A stretch of 64,000 nt of DNA, taken from NCBI GenBank assembly GCA_026387175.1, contig JAPLME010000007.1, positions 64,487 to 128,486 on the forward strand, written 5' to 3'. Positions 1 through 9,442 of the stretch are shown piece by piece; the stretch's first letter is position 1; each line of letters opens with the position of its first letter. A program made the translations under genes and the position numbers. The stretch is from Candidatus Omnitrophota bacterium (GTDB taxonomy: Bacteria; Omnitrophota; Gorgyraeia; 2-01-FULL-45-10). The notes beneath the pieces were generated by a model, which did not search any database, was not told the origin of the DNA, and saw only the letters and a list, made by a program, of their open reading frames with translations.

Positions 1-906
1 CGGCCTGTATTTTGAGGGGTCGATACCGAACAGCTTAGCAGCTCCTTCCATATTTTTTGTTAATCGATCAATATAAAATACCCCTCTCATGGTACCGCCA
101 TCCACATGCATCTCATCATAAACTTCGCCGGACTCGGAAGAAACTTTAAAATTTACGGGGGAAAATGTCATCGGTAAGGAGCTTGAGGCCAGAAGTATCT
201 TCCGGAACATCTTTAGCGAATCGGAGCCGCCCTTACACGCAAGCGCTCCCATGTCCCAAACGACGAATTCCTGCGCATCAAGATTTACGGTCCCCACGAA
301 TAGCCTGCGGCCGCGCTTATGTTCCTCGGCAACCTTCGCCATTAATTTTCCGTCTACAATGGATGAGATCTTTTTGACCATAGGAGCGGAGCTCATAAGC
401 GAGTCTCCGAATAAAATTTTGAATAAGTTATTTTTTCTCATTATATCTTTGGTTGATATAGTAGTAAAGAAATTCTCGAGCTGGTCATCGTAATCTTTTC
501 CTAGAAACGCGTAAAGAGCGATAAGCGACCCGCTGCTGACGCCTGTAATTATTTTAAAGATCGGCCGTGAACCTTCCTTAGACCACCCTTTTAAGAGCCC
601 TGCGCCATAAGCGCCGTTAGCCCCGCCGCCTGAGACAGCTAGCACGGGATAGATCTTTATGCCCAGGAAGTTAACCGGGCCTTCCTGCTTAAATGAATCT
701 ATCAGGCTCTTCTGCATGACGATCGGGTCGGGATTGTCGATATCAGAGCGGATATCCGGCATGCCGTTAACGGTAACTTTTCCGGCAAAATCCATCGGCA
801 CCGCATTCCGTGATCGTATGGTAGCGCAGCCCTGGATTGACAGCGCGCCTATCGAAAGAATAATTATAAGAAAACCTGACATCCATTTTGTTCTTATGAC
901 TCTCAT
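1..906 (-). CDS. Patatin-like phospholipase family lipoprotein (3' end runs off the window)
   Basis: Not in the ORF track; translated by hand from ATG at 906. Lipobox-like LSIQGC, glycine loop SGGGANGAYGAG, nucleophile GVSSG and catalytic DGG motif are present. Confidence 0.88.
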   Translation of the reverse strand, partial: MRVIRTKWMSGFLIIILSIGALSIQGCATIRSRNAVPMDFAGKVTVNGMPDIRSDIDNPDPIVMQKSLIDSFKQEGPVNFLGIKIYPVLAVSGGGANGAYGAGLLKGWSKEGSRPIFKIITGVSSGSLIALYAFLGKDYDDQLENFFTTISTKDIMRKNNLFKILFGDSLMSSAPMVKKISSIVDGKLMAKVAEEHKRGRRLFVGTVNLDAQEFVVWDMGALACKGGSDSLKMFRKILLASSSLPMTFSPVNFKVSSESGEVYDEMHVDGGTMRGVFYIDRLTKNMEGAAKLFGIDPSKYRP

Positions 907-910
907 ATAT

Positions 911-1252
911 TCATCTCCCTATCGCTTTTATTATATCCTTCACCGAATGTACTCCCTTATGAAAACATCCGCATACTGAACGAGAAAACGCTTTAGCGTT
1001 CTCCGTATGTCCAGAGTGAATATAAATCCTGGCAAACTCCCACCTGTTTATAAGCGTTGCTATGAGCTCTATTCCGCTTATTTCAGGCAGATATAGATCC
1101 AGGATAATGACATCAGGAACATATCCCGACTTAACCAATCCCAACACCTCGTAGCCTGCAAACGCTGTCTCTACCGTATAACCCGAACTCACAAATTGAC
1201 ATTTCATCATCTTTACAAGGTCATGGTCGTCATCAATGATTAAGAGTTTCAT
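911..1252 (-). CDS. Single-domain response regulator receiver
   Basis: MKLLIIDDD...DVIILDLYLPEISG receiver motifs. Start moved from 1300 to the ATG at 1252 to remove the overlap with the upstream gene. Confidence 0.82.
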   Translation of the reverse strand: MKLLIIDDDHDLVKMMKCQFVSSGYTVETAFAGYEVLGLVKSGYVPDVIILDLYLPEISGIELIATLINRWEFARIYIHSGHTENAKAFSRSVCGCFHKGVHSVKDIIKAIGR

Positions 1253-1268
1253 TTCCCGCTCTTCTGCG

Positions 1269-1679
1269 CTACTTTTCTTTAGCGCCTTCCGGAACCCCAA
1301 GGCTTACTGTTTTGTTTTTTAAGACGTCTTCGATTTCCCACAGAAGGTCATCCGGGTCAAATGGTTTGCTTATTAAGTATTCTGCTCCACTCGCTATTCC
1401 GTGCCGCTGCACAGATTCTCCGAGCAGTGCCGTTACCATAATAATAGGTATGTCTTTCGTTTTAGCATTTGCTTTGAGCATCTTACTCACTTCAAAGCCG
1501 CTTTGCCCCGACAACAGCACGTCTAGCAGTATGACGTTCGGCTTTTCCTCGACAGCTTTTTCGATACATTCATTCCCGTTAGACGCGGTGATAACCGTAT
1601 ACCCGTTTTTTTCTAAACGAATTCTAAGCATTTTCAGTATATCATGCTCATCATCTACTACCAAAATTTTTGTCCCCAT
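1269..1679 (-). CDS. Single-domain response regulator receiver
   Basis: ILVVDDE, ILLD and KP motifs; GGAGG RBS upstream. Confidence 0.92.
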   Translation of the reverse strand: MGTKILVVDDEHDILKMLRIRLEKNGYTVITASNGNECIEKAVEEKPNVILLDVLLSGQSGFEVSKMLKANAKTKDIPIIMVTALLGESVQRHGIASGAEYLISKPFDPDDLLWEIEDVLKNKTVSLGVPEGAKEK

Positions 1680-1719
1680 ATTCCGCCTCCTTTGATTTAA
1701 TGTCGCTCGTTTGACCTTT

Positions 1720-2082
1720 TTATCCCAGTATCTTCTTTACTGCGTCTATTAATTCTTTAGGCTCGAATGGCTTGGCAATGCACCCGTTAGCGCCGCATTC
1801 CTTAGCTCTTTGGTCAATAGATGTGACGGTGGCAGAGATCAGGATTATAGGGATATGCTTCATATCCTTATCCCCTCTTAAAATTCCGGCAACAACATCA
1901 CCGTTCATGTCCGGTAGATGGAAATCGAGTATAATAAGGTCAGGGATAATTTGGCGCGCCAGATCCAGCGCCTCCCGGCCGTCTCTGGCGCCTGTCACCT
2001 CATAACCGGTCTTCTTTAATCTTAATAATATGATCTTTAACACATCCGGCTCATCATCGACGACCAGGATCTTCTGTGCCAT
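1720..2082 (-). CDS. Single-domain response regulator receiver
   Basis: ILVVDDE, LIILDFHLPDMNG and AKPF motifs. Confidence 0.92.
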   Translation of the reverse strand: MAQKILVVDDEPDVLKIILLRLKKTGYEVTGARDGREALDLARQIIPDLIILDFHLPDMNGDVVAGILRGDKDMKHIPIILISATVTSIDQRAKECGANGCIAKPFEPKELIDAVKKILG

Positions 2083-2085
2083 GCT

Positions 2086-4554
2086 TTAGCCTCTACTTTC
2101 TTTTATGGGCAGGGTAAAGTGAAATATCGAACCTTTACCGGGTTGCGACTCCGCCCATATATTCCCGTTATGCGCCTGAATTATCTCTTTAGATATGGCC
2201 AGCCCGAGACCTGTGCCGCCCGTCTTTTTTCCAAGCCCCCCGCCCAATTGCTCGAATGTCTGAAAAAGCTTGGGCATATCTGTGGCCTGGATTCCAAGTC
2301 CGGTATCCTCCACCATCACATGCAGCACACTATCCCCACTCTTAGTAGTAATGGATATACTGCCTTTCTCTGTGAACTTTACGGCGTTACTCAATAAATT
2401 GGTGAGCACCTGAATGATCTTGTCTTTATCAAACTTTGCCCTGGGCAGGCTCTCATCTATGTTCACTATGAAGCTCATGCCCTTCTCCTCCGCCAGAAAA
2501 TTCATCCCCTTACTCGTTGCCAGTACTACCTCATTTATATTATATTCCTTGATATCGAACTCTGTCTTCCCCGCTTCCATCTTCTGAAAATCCAAAACGT
2601 TATTTATCAGGCGGCCCAATCTGTCGATATTGCTCTTTGCGGTATCTAAAATATCCTTCTGCTCAAGCGTTACGTCCCCTGCCAACCCCTCCATAACAAG
2701 ATTGATGCTTTCCTTGATAACTGTCAGCGGGCTTCTGAGTTCGTGAGATACCATAGAAGCAAACTTTGATTTTGCTTCTGCGACTTCTTTAGTGGCTTCT
2801 TCCGCTTTCTTACGCTCGGTGATGTCTTCAATAGCCAGCAGGATGATCCGCTCCTTACCCGTCCCTTGCTCAATTTGCCTGGCATTCAAAAGCATTGTGC
2901 GCATGCCGATGGTAGAAAAATCGTGTTCAACCTCGTAGTTATCAAAGGTTGTCTTTTGGGGAAGTATGGTTTCCAGCAGTTCCCGCAACCTGGGAATGTT
3001 CCACTGCTTATTGCCCAGATCATAGATAAGCTGTCCCACGGTCTCTTTGGTGCTTACCTTAAATACTTCACAGAAGGAGCGGCTGGCGGTGACTACCCTT
3101 AAATCTTGATCTAGAGCGATTAAGGGTTCACGGACGGTGTTGATGATGCTCTCGGCGTATTCGCGGGCCGCATCTTCTGATATTTTAGTTACTTCCAGTT
3201 CTTTGCGGATTTTTTCCAGCCCATTTTCTATCGCCTTACGCTCGGTGATGTCTTCAATAGCCAGCAGGATGATTCGCTCCTTACCCAGCACTCTTTGAAT
3301 CTGCCGTGCATTCAAAAGCATTGTGCGCATGCCGATGGTAGAAAAATCGTGTTCAACCTCGTAGTTATCAAGGGTTGCTTCTTGGGGAAGTATGTTTTCC
3401 AGCAGTTCCCGCAGTTTGGGAATGTTCCACTGCTTATTGCCCAGGTCATAGATAAGCTGTCCCACGGTCTCTTCGGTGTTTACCTTAAAGACTTCATAGA
3501 AGGAGCGGCTGGCGGTGACTACCCTTAAATCTTGATCTAGAACTATTAAGGGTTCACGCACGGTGTTGATGATGATCTCGGCGTATTCGCGGGCCGCATC
3601 TTCGGATATTTTAGTTACTTCCAGTTCTTTGCGGGTCTTTTCCAGGCCAGCTTCTATCTCCTTACGCTCGGTGATATCTTCAATAGCCAGCAGGATGACC
3701 CGCTCCTTACCCATCCCCCGTTCAATTTGCCTGGCATTTAAAAGCATTATACGCCTGCCGATAGCAGCAAAATTGTGTTCAACCTCGTAGTTATCAAAGG
3801 TTGTCTTTTGGGGAAGTATGGTTTCCAGCAGTTCCCGCAGCTTGGGGATATTCCACTGCTTATTGCCCAGGTCATAGATAAGCTGCCCGACGGTCTCTTC
3901 AGGTTTTACCTTAAAAAAGTCATAGAAGGAACGGCTTACCATGACCACCCTGAGATCTTTGTCCAAAGAAATTAATGGTTCACGCACAGTGTTGATAACG
4001 CTCTCAGCGAATTCACTGACTTCATCTGCGGACTTTTTAATAACCGCCAGTTCTTTTCGAGTCTTTTCCAGCCCGGCTTCTATTTCCTTGCGCTCGGTAA
4101 TATCCTCAATGGCCAGGAGGATTAGCTCTTCTTCCTCATCTTCTTCCCCTGCTTCTTCTCTTGTTTTTTCTCTTACCCCTGCCGCTATTATTGCCGCTAT
4201 TTTCTTGGGGATACGCAGCTGAGAGACATTCAGGTTAATACATCGCTGTCCAATTTGCTCGAATTCGTGTTCGATTTCATAGTTTTCTATAACTTTTTTT
4301 TCCGGAAGTATCTCCCTTAAGAGAACAAGCAGTCTTGGAATATCCCATTGCCTATTGCCTAAATCAGTAAGCGGCCGGCCTAATGTATCTTCTTTAGCGA
4401 CCTTAAAGGTATTATAGAAAGATTGGTTGGCGGAAATAACGCGCAAGTTTTTATCGAGCACCAGGAACGGTTCTCTTAGTGTAGCGATAATGCTATTGCC
4501 ATATTCTAAAGCTATCTCAATCTTTGATTTGTCCATTCCCTTTTTATCTTTCAT
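2086..4554 (-). CDS. Cytoplasmic sensor histidine kinase with four tandem PAS/PAC domains
   Basis: Four repeats ending LLAIEDITERK; H-box SHELRSPL; N-box NLLSNAVKF; G boxes DTGLG and GTGLGL. No transmembrane segment seen. Confidence 0.93.
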   Translation of the reverse strand: MKDKKGMDKSKIEIALEYGNSIIATLREPFLVLDKNLRVISANQSFYNTFKVAKEDTLGRPLTDLGNRQWDIPRLLVLLREILPEKKVIENYEIEHEFEQIGQRCINLNVSQLRIPKKIAAIIAAGVREKTREEAGEEDEEEELILLAIEDITERKEIEAGLEKTRKELAVIKKSADEVSEFAESVINTVREPLISLDKDLRVVMVSRSFYDFFKVKPEETVGQLIYDLGNKQWNIPKLRELLETILPQKTTFDNYEVEHNFAAIGRRIMLLNARQIERGMGKERVILLAIEDITERKEIEAGLEKTRKELEVTKISEDAAREYAEIIINTVREPLIVLDQDLRVVTASRSFYEVFKVNTEETVGQLIYDLGNKQWNIPKLRELLENILPQEATLDNYEVEHDFSTIGMRTMLLNARQIQRVLGKERIILLAIEDITERKAIENGLEKIRKELEVTKISEDAAREYAESIINTVREPLIALDQDLRVVTASRSFCEVFKVSTKETVGQLIYDLGNKQWNIPRLRELLETILPQKTTFDNYEVEHDFSTIGMRTMLLNARQIEQGTGKERIILLAIEDITERKKAEEATKEVAEAKSKFASMVSHELRSPLTVIKESINLVMEGLAGDVTLEQKDILDTAKSNIDRLGRLINNVLDFQKMEAGKTEFDIKEYNINEVVLATSKGMNFLAEEKGMSFIVNIDESLPRAKFDKDKIIQVLTNLLSNAVKFTEKGSISITTKSGDSVLHVMVEDTGLGIQATDMPKLFQTFEQLGGGLGKKTGGTGLGLAISKEIIQAHNGNIWAESQPGKGSIFHFTLPIKESRG
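2815..4120. repeat. Intragenic tandem repeat with a 426-bp (142-aa) period, encoding the PAS units
   Basis: The anchor ctcggt(g/a)at of the ...EDITER codons recurs at 2815, 3241, 3667 and 4093, exactly 426 bp apart. Long stretches of the units are near-identical in DNA. A more divergent fourth unit extends to about 4500. Confidence 0.92.
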
Positions 4555-4592
4555 GTCTCAGACCCTCGCGTCTCATTCATCTTTATACTTGT

Positions 4593-4637
4593 ACTATATG
4601 GGAAATCCGGAAGTTGGTCAATTGTACATGGGTATAA
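4593..4637 (-). promoter_or_regulatory. Sigma70-type promoter with adjacent palindromic operator
   Basis: Minus strand reads TTATAC-CCAT-GTACAA, then TTGACC (4616-4621), a 17-bp spacer and TATAGT (4593-4598). Confidence 0.68.
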
Positions 4638-7361
4638 TCACTTGAGTTTTATGACCTCTTCCCTTATGCCGAAGGCTATCGCCTCATAATCATCTTTGGC
4701 CCCTAATTTTAGCCCTTCTTTTTTAAGCCCTTCGGAATCAAAAGGCTTTCCAAATGTTATCGTAATCGGATGCGGTCTCGGAAGCCGCTTTGTCCTCGGC
4801 CAGGATTCGTATGAACCGTTTATGCGTACGGGTACCAGCGGGACATTCAGTTCTTTTGCCAATATCCCGACGCCTTTTTTGAATTCCTTAATTTCTCCAT
4901 CTATGGTTCTTTCTCCCTCCGGAAAGATACAGACCATCTTGTTATTCTTAAGGACATAAGAAGATGCCTGCATGGCTTCCACGAAATGTACGCCCGGATC
5001 GATGGGAATGACCTTGATATATTTTATGATATTCCTGATCAGGAAATGGTCGAAGAAGGCCTCAAAGCCTACGAGGTAAAGGTCCTTTCGTAAGCCTCTC
5101 GGCATAGAGGCCGCAACGATGAAACCATCCAGGTAGCTGCCGTGGTTAACGCACAGGATGCACTTTCCCTTTATCGGGATATTTTCTGTTCCAAGTATCC
5201 TGAGCCGCCAGATCGTTCTAAAAACAAGACGTAACGTTCCGGTGAATAGCAGTGTTCCTAAAATTGCCGCAAGGTTGGGCGCTATATACAACTTTTTAAT
5301 GATCTCCTTGACCGGCTCTTTGTTCAGGATCTCACTCCATGAAGTTTGGATCTTGGCCTGCCCGGCGGGCACCTCGCTTCGAGCCTCTGTGCCCGGGGCC
5401 AATTTTTCTATCTCGAGAATAAGTTCTTTAACAGTGGAGGCCTTAGCCAATACCTCCTCAGGGATATGCTTGTTAAACGCCTGTTCTAAGGCCATCGTCA
5501 GTTCCACGCGGCCTAGTGAATCGATGCCGAGATCTAACTCGAGATGGTCGGTCAGGGCGATCTGCCTTCCCAGCTTTGCGTGTTTAGCGAGGGCCTCGAT
5601 TATCTTTCTGCCAACGTCGGAAGAGAGCATCTTAAGGTCCTCATCCGTAGCGGGGGCCCCCTCTCCTTGCTCCGTTTTTGGCTTTATACCCTTAAGTTCA
5701 TCCAGATATTTTTTCTTAACCTCATACCTTATTATCTTGCCCAACCGCGTGCGCGGTATGTTTTCCTTTACAATAATAAAGCCCTTGATGCGTTGGTATG
5801 GAGCAAGGCTGTTAGATAGGTTTTCCAGCTCCCATTTAAGCTTACTATGAATATCTCCCTCCCCGGCCTTGCGGCAATAGTCAGCGTCAGGCACTACCAC
5901 GGCGGACAGGCTCTGGGCGCCCTCTTCGCCTATACCGATAACGCATACCTCTTTGATGTAGGGGCTCTTGGCATAGTGGGATTCGATCTCTTCGGGAAAG
6001 ATCTTTTTGCCGGAACTTAAAACGATCATCTCTTTTATCCTTCCGGTAATATAAAGATACCCGTCCCTATCTATATGGCCCAGGTCGCCGGAGTAAAACC
6101 AGCCGTCTTTTAAGACGCTCGCGGTATCGTCCGGCCGTTTATAGTAGCCTTTCATGACGTTTGGGCCCTTGATCATCACTTCGCCCATACCCGCTTGATC
6201 GGGATTGACAATTTTCACTTCTACATCCGGGATCACCTTGCCGACAGAACCGATCTTCTGCCTTCTCAATGGATTAAAGGCTACGCCCGGCGATGTTTCG
6301 GTAAGTCCGTATCCTTCAAGTATCGTGAAACCGATCTTCATGAGAAATCTCGCCGCTTCTTCATTTAACTTGGCTCCGCCGGAGATAAAAAATCTTAAAG
6401 TTTTGCCAAATGGCCGGTGTATCTTCGACAGGACCTGCTTGTTTAAATTTATTCCGCTAAGCCTTCTTATCTGCCACAATAGCCCTATCAGGCCTGAAAG
6501 AGGGACCTTGAACAAAAACGGCATCTTCTTCATCTTGGCCGTAGCTTGCGTATAAAACATATAAAAAAGTTGTGGCACTCCCGCCAGTACCGTTACCCCT
6601 GCCTCCTTCATCGATGCCAGTAATTCATCGGTTTTAAGGCTTGAAGCATACGTGACCCGTGCCCGGCAAAAAAGAGGCAGGATCAGCGTAACTATGAAAG
6701 GGAAACAATGGTGCAGTGGCAATATCGATATGAAGTTATCCTTATCCGAGAAGAGTTTCAGCTTGTAGATACTTTGAAAATTAGAGCAGAAATTTTTATG
6801 CGTGAGCATTACCCCTTTTGGCTCGCCGGTGGTGCCTGATGTATAGATAAGCGAAGCGATATCTTCGGGAAGGACCTCGGGCCACGCGACGCCTTCGCGC
6901 AAAGTAGACTTGACCTGCGCCAGGCCTATGAGGTTCTCTTTCTCGATATCCAGGTCCAGTATAACGATCTTGTTCAGTCCGGTTTTTATCTTATCGATTT
7001 TTTTTGCCTGAAAAACAGCATTGGAGACGAATATGACCTTTGCGGCGCAGTCATTGATGAGGTTTTCTATTTCCTGTCCGGTCAACTGCGTATCAAAAGG
7101 AACGCAAGTTAGGCCCGCGGCCATTATGCCTAAATAGATTATTCCCCACTCCGGCCTATTCTCCAGGCATATAGCCGCAAAGTCACCTTTTTTAAAGCCT
7201 GCCTTAATGAGAAATGCTCCTATTTTTAGAGAAAGATCTTCCATTTGCCCGTATGTCCATCTATCCCAGTCGGGGCCTTTCTTGATTTGAAGGCATACCC
7301 TGTCTGAATACTGAGAAGAGACTTGAGCAAACATCTTATGTATAACCAATTCTTCTTTCAT
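4638..7361 (-). CDS. Long-chain acyl-AMP ligase + acyl carrier + PlsC-type acyltransferase fusion
   Basis: AMP-binding motifs YTSGTTGEPKG, GYGLTE and SGDLG; phosphopantetheine motif LGIDSL; acyltransferase motifs NHGSYLD and FPEG. Start set at ATG 7361 (ATGA overlap with the upstream stop). Confidence 0.9.
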   Translation of the reverse strand: MKEELVIHKMFAQVSSQYSDRVCLQIKKGPDWDRWTYGQMEDLSLKIGAFLIKAGFKKGDFAAICLENRPEWGIIYLGIMAAGLTCVPFDTQLTGQEIENLINDCAAKVIFVSNAVFQAKKIDKIKTGLNKIVILDLDIEKENLIGLAQVKSTLREGVAWPEVLPEDIASLIYTSGTTGEPKGVMLTHKNFCSNFQSIYKLKLFSDKDNFISILPLHHCFPFIVTLILPLFCRARVTYASSLKTDELLASMKEAGVTVLAGVPQLFYMFYTQATAKMKKMPFLFKVPLSGLIGLLWQIRRLSGINLNKQVLSKIHRPFGKTLRFFISGGAKLNEEAARFLMKIGFTILEGYGLTETSPGVAFNPLRRQKIGSVGKVIPDVEVKIVNPDQAGMGEVMIKGPNVMKGYYKRPDDTASVLKDGWFYSGDLGHIDRDGYLYITGRIKEMIVLSSGKKIFPEEIESHYAKSPYIKEVCVIGIGEEGAQSLSAVVVPDADYCRKAGEGDIHSKLKWELENLSNSLAPYQRIKGFIIVKENIPRTRLGKIIRYEVKKKYLDELKGIKPKTEQGEGAPATDEDLKMLSSDVGRKIIEALAKHAKLGRQIALTDHLELDLGIDSLGRVELTMALEQAFNKHIPEEVLAKASTVKELILEIEKLAPGTEARSEVPAGQAKIQTSWSEILNKEPVKEIIKKLYIAPNLAAILGTLLFTGTLRLVFRTIWRLRILGTENIPIKGKCILCVNHGSYLDGFIVAASMPRGLRKDLYLVGFEAFFDHFLIRNIIKYIKVIPIDPGVHFVEAMQASSYVLKNNKMVCIFPEGERTIDGEIKEFKKGVGILAKELNVPLVPVRINGSYESWPRTKRLPRPHPITITFGKPFDSEGLKKEGLKLGAKDDYEAIAFGIREEVIKLK

Positions 7362-9442
7362 TTTAGCGTCTCCTTGAATCTGTCCAAACATATCTTCATA
7401 AATTGATCCGGGAAGACGTCAAATATCCTTTCCGCATGTCCGCCGCCTTTAATGATTGTCAGGGACTTGGGATTCTTCGCCTTGTCGAATAATAGCTGGC
7501 TATTGCTCATCTTCACCAGCCAGTCTTTTTCACCATGGATGAAAAGGACCGACGTGGGCGATATCTTATTAACGATATCGCGGGGCCGGGTCTTTGTTAA
7601 AGACGGGCTTCCCATTCTAACGCCCTTCCCGCGTCCCTTGATTCCGAAATTGAGCTTCAGGTCTTCCCACATATCTTTTTCCCAAAAATGGTAATTGATG
7701 CTTCCTAGGCCTGACGGGGTGCTGACAGCTATAACGCTATCGATACTTTGATTACAGCTCGCTTCTATAAGCGCGATCGCGGCGCCCAGTGAAAAACCGA
7801 CTACGCCGATCTTCTCATAGTGAGCGCTTTTCGCGTATGCGATGACCGCGCGCAAGTCTTTCTGCTCATGTGCAGTCCATGTAAATACGTCGCTCGACTT
7901 GCCATGTCCCCTAAAATCGAATACGATGACATCGTATTCTTTACTGAATGCTTCGGCCATTTTTTTAAATAAATATGTATCCTTATTATTGTAAAAGCCT
8001 GGTGCCAGTATAACTACTTTGGAAAATCCTCCCCTGATATGATTAAAGGCAATGCGCTTACCATCTTCTGTCATCACATAACGGTCAGGCTCGCTCTCTC
8101 CCGCAGGAGAAGGTGTCGCGCCCTTAGGGAGATCGCCGTTTGTGTCAACGATCTGCCTGGGTTCTGTCTTATTAAAATCTCCTTCGAATACGGATGTGGC
8201 AATGGAACCAAAATAATTCCTGAAAATATCCCACTCGGATTTAGCGCGCCATAGGAGCATAAACTGTGAGCTATTCTTCTTGCCTACTGAAATAGACTTT
8301 CTCGATCTTGCGTCTTCATAGATCTCTAGCATGCGTGTAGCGGAAGCATTGATCGTGAATTTCTGCGCCGTAGTCCTTGCGGCCTGTTTCATGGTTTTTG
8401 ATTCTTCCGGAGAGCTGCTTAAAACCGAAAGCAGTGCATCGGTATAAGTCTGCTGATCCATCTCATTGAGTAGTCTCCCGTTCTTACGGTCCTCTACAAC
8501 GTCTCGCGCTCCAGGCGCATCCAACGCTACCACGGGAGCACCTGCTGCCATGGCTTCAATGAGGACAATGCCTTGAGTTTCGCTTAATGAGGCGAACGCG
8601 AAGAGATCCATGGCAAAATACGCGTCTACCAGCTCCTGATAATGCAGGACCCCGGCTAAGTGCAATCTATCTTCAAGGCCGGCCTCTTTAAATGTATCCT
8701 GGATCATCTTTTCGGCAGGGCCCTTGCCGACGATAAGGGCATGGGCCTTCGGATCCTTCTTTAATGCTTCAACCATACAATTTATCAGGAAGTCCAGGTT
8801 CTTCTCCGGAGCCAGCCGCCCCGCGTGGCCGATCACTTTAGCCTCAAGAGGAATATGGTTCTGCTGGCGAAAAGCATTTCCATTGCCCTTTGAAAAACGT
8901 TCTACGTCTACCCCCGTCGGAACGACCGCCATGGGAGTCTTGACGCCTCTTTTGAACAGGATCTCCTGCACGCTTTCAGTGGGAACGATCACCCGATCGA
9001 CCATATTGGCATATCCGGCAGCAAGCTTTACAATGAATCGTTTTACTCCCTCATTCTGAACAGGCCAATCATGCACATATTGTTCAAACATACAGTGATA
9101 AGTAAATATAAGCGGTATCGCGTGCTGTCGGCTAAGGCGTAACGCAAAATCTCCCATGAAGAACGGGCAATGGCTGTGCGCGATATCCGGCGAGAATTCT
9201 TTCATTAATTTCGTTAAGAGCCGTGAGGCCGGGAAGTTAACGGAGAAGATGGTTCCGCTGAATTTTTGGAAGGCAGGAATACGGATAACGCCCGGCTCCT
9301 CTGTCGGCATACCCTGAAAGGTCGGAGTAACGATTAAAACCTCGTGCCCCAGTCTTCTGAATTCTTCGCTGAAAGAATAGACCGATTGTTCCAGCCCCCC
9401 GACAATCGGAAAATATGTATTCGTCATCATCAGAATTCTCAT
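7358..9442 (-). CDS. GT4 glycosyltransferase (diacylglycerol glucosyltransferase-like) fused to an alpha/beta hydrolase
   Basis: N-terminal MRILMMTNTYFP, GRLAPEKN and SETQGIVLIEAMAAG (GT4); Pro/Gly linker; C-terminal DFRGHGKS, GFSLG, HGEKD and GGH (hydrolase). Confidence 0.88.
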   Translation of the reverse strand: MRILMMTNTYFPIVGGLEQSVYSFSEEFRRLGHEVLIVTPTFQGMPTEEPGVIRIPAFQKFSGTIFSVNFPASRLLTKLMKEFSPDIAHSHCPFFMGDFALRLSRQHAIPLIFTYHCMFEQYVHDWPVQNEGVKRFIVKLAAGYANMVDRVIVPTESVQEILFKRGVKTPMAVVPTGVDVERFSKGNGNAFRQQNHIPLEAKVIGHAGRLAPEKNLDFLINCMVEALKKDPKAHALIVGKGPAEKMIQDTFKEAGLEDRLHLAGVLHYQELVDAYFAMDLFAFASLSETQGIVLIEAMAAGAPVVALDAPGARDVVEDRKNGRLLNEMDQQTYTDALLSVLSSSPEESKTMKQAARTTAQKFTINASATRMLEIYEDARSRKSISVGKKNSSQFMLLWRAKSEWDIFRNYFGSIATSVFEGDFNKTEPRQIVDTNGDLPKGATPSPAGESEPDRYVMTEDGKRIAFNHIRGGFSKVVILAPGFYNNKDTYLFKKMAEAFSKEYDVIVFDFRGHGKSSDVFTWTAHEQKDLRAVIAYAKSAHYEKIGVVGFSLGAAIALIEASCNQSIDSVIAVSTPSGLGSINYHFWEKDMWEDLKLNFGIKGRGKGVRMGSPSLTKTRPRDIVNKISPTSVLFIHGEKDWLVKMSNSQLLFDKAKNPKSLTIIKGGGHAERIFDVFPDQFMKICLDRFKETLK

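Noticed and set aside
2866-3975. Repeated similar plus-strand ORFs (…FNLVVIKGC…)
   Set aside because: They are antisense shadows of the 426-bp PAS repeats, not a separate repeated gene family.
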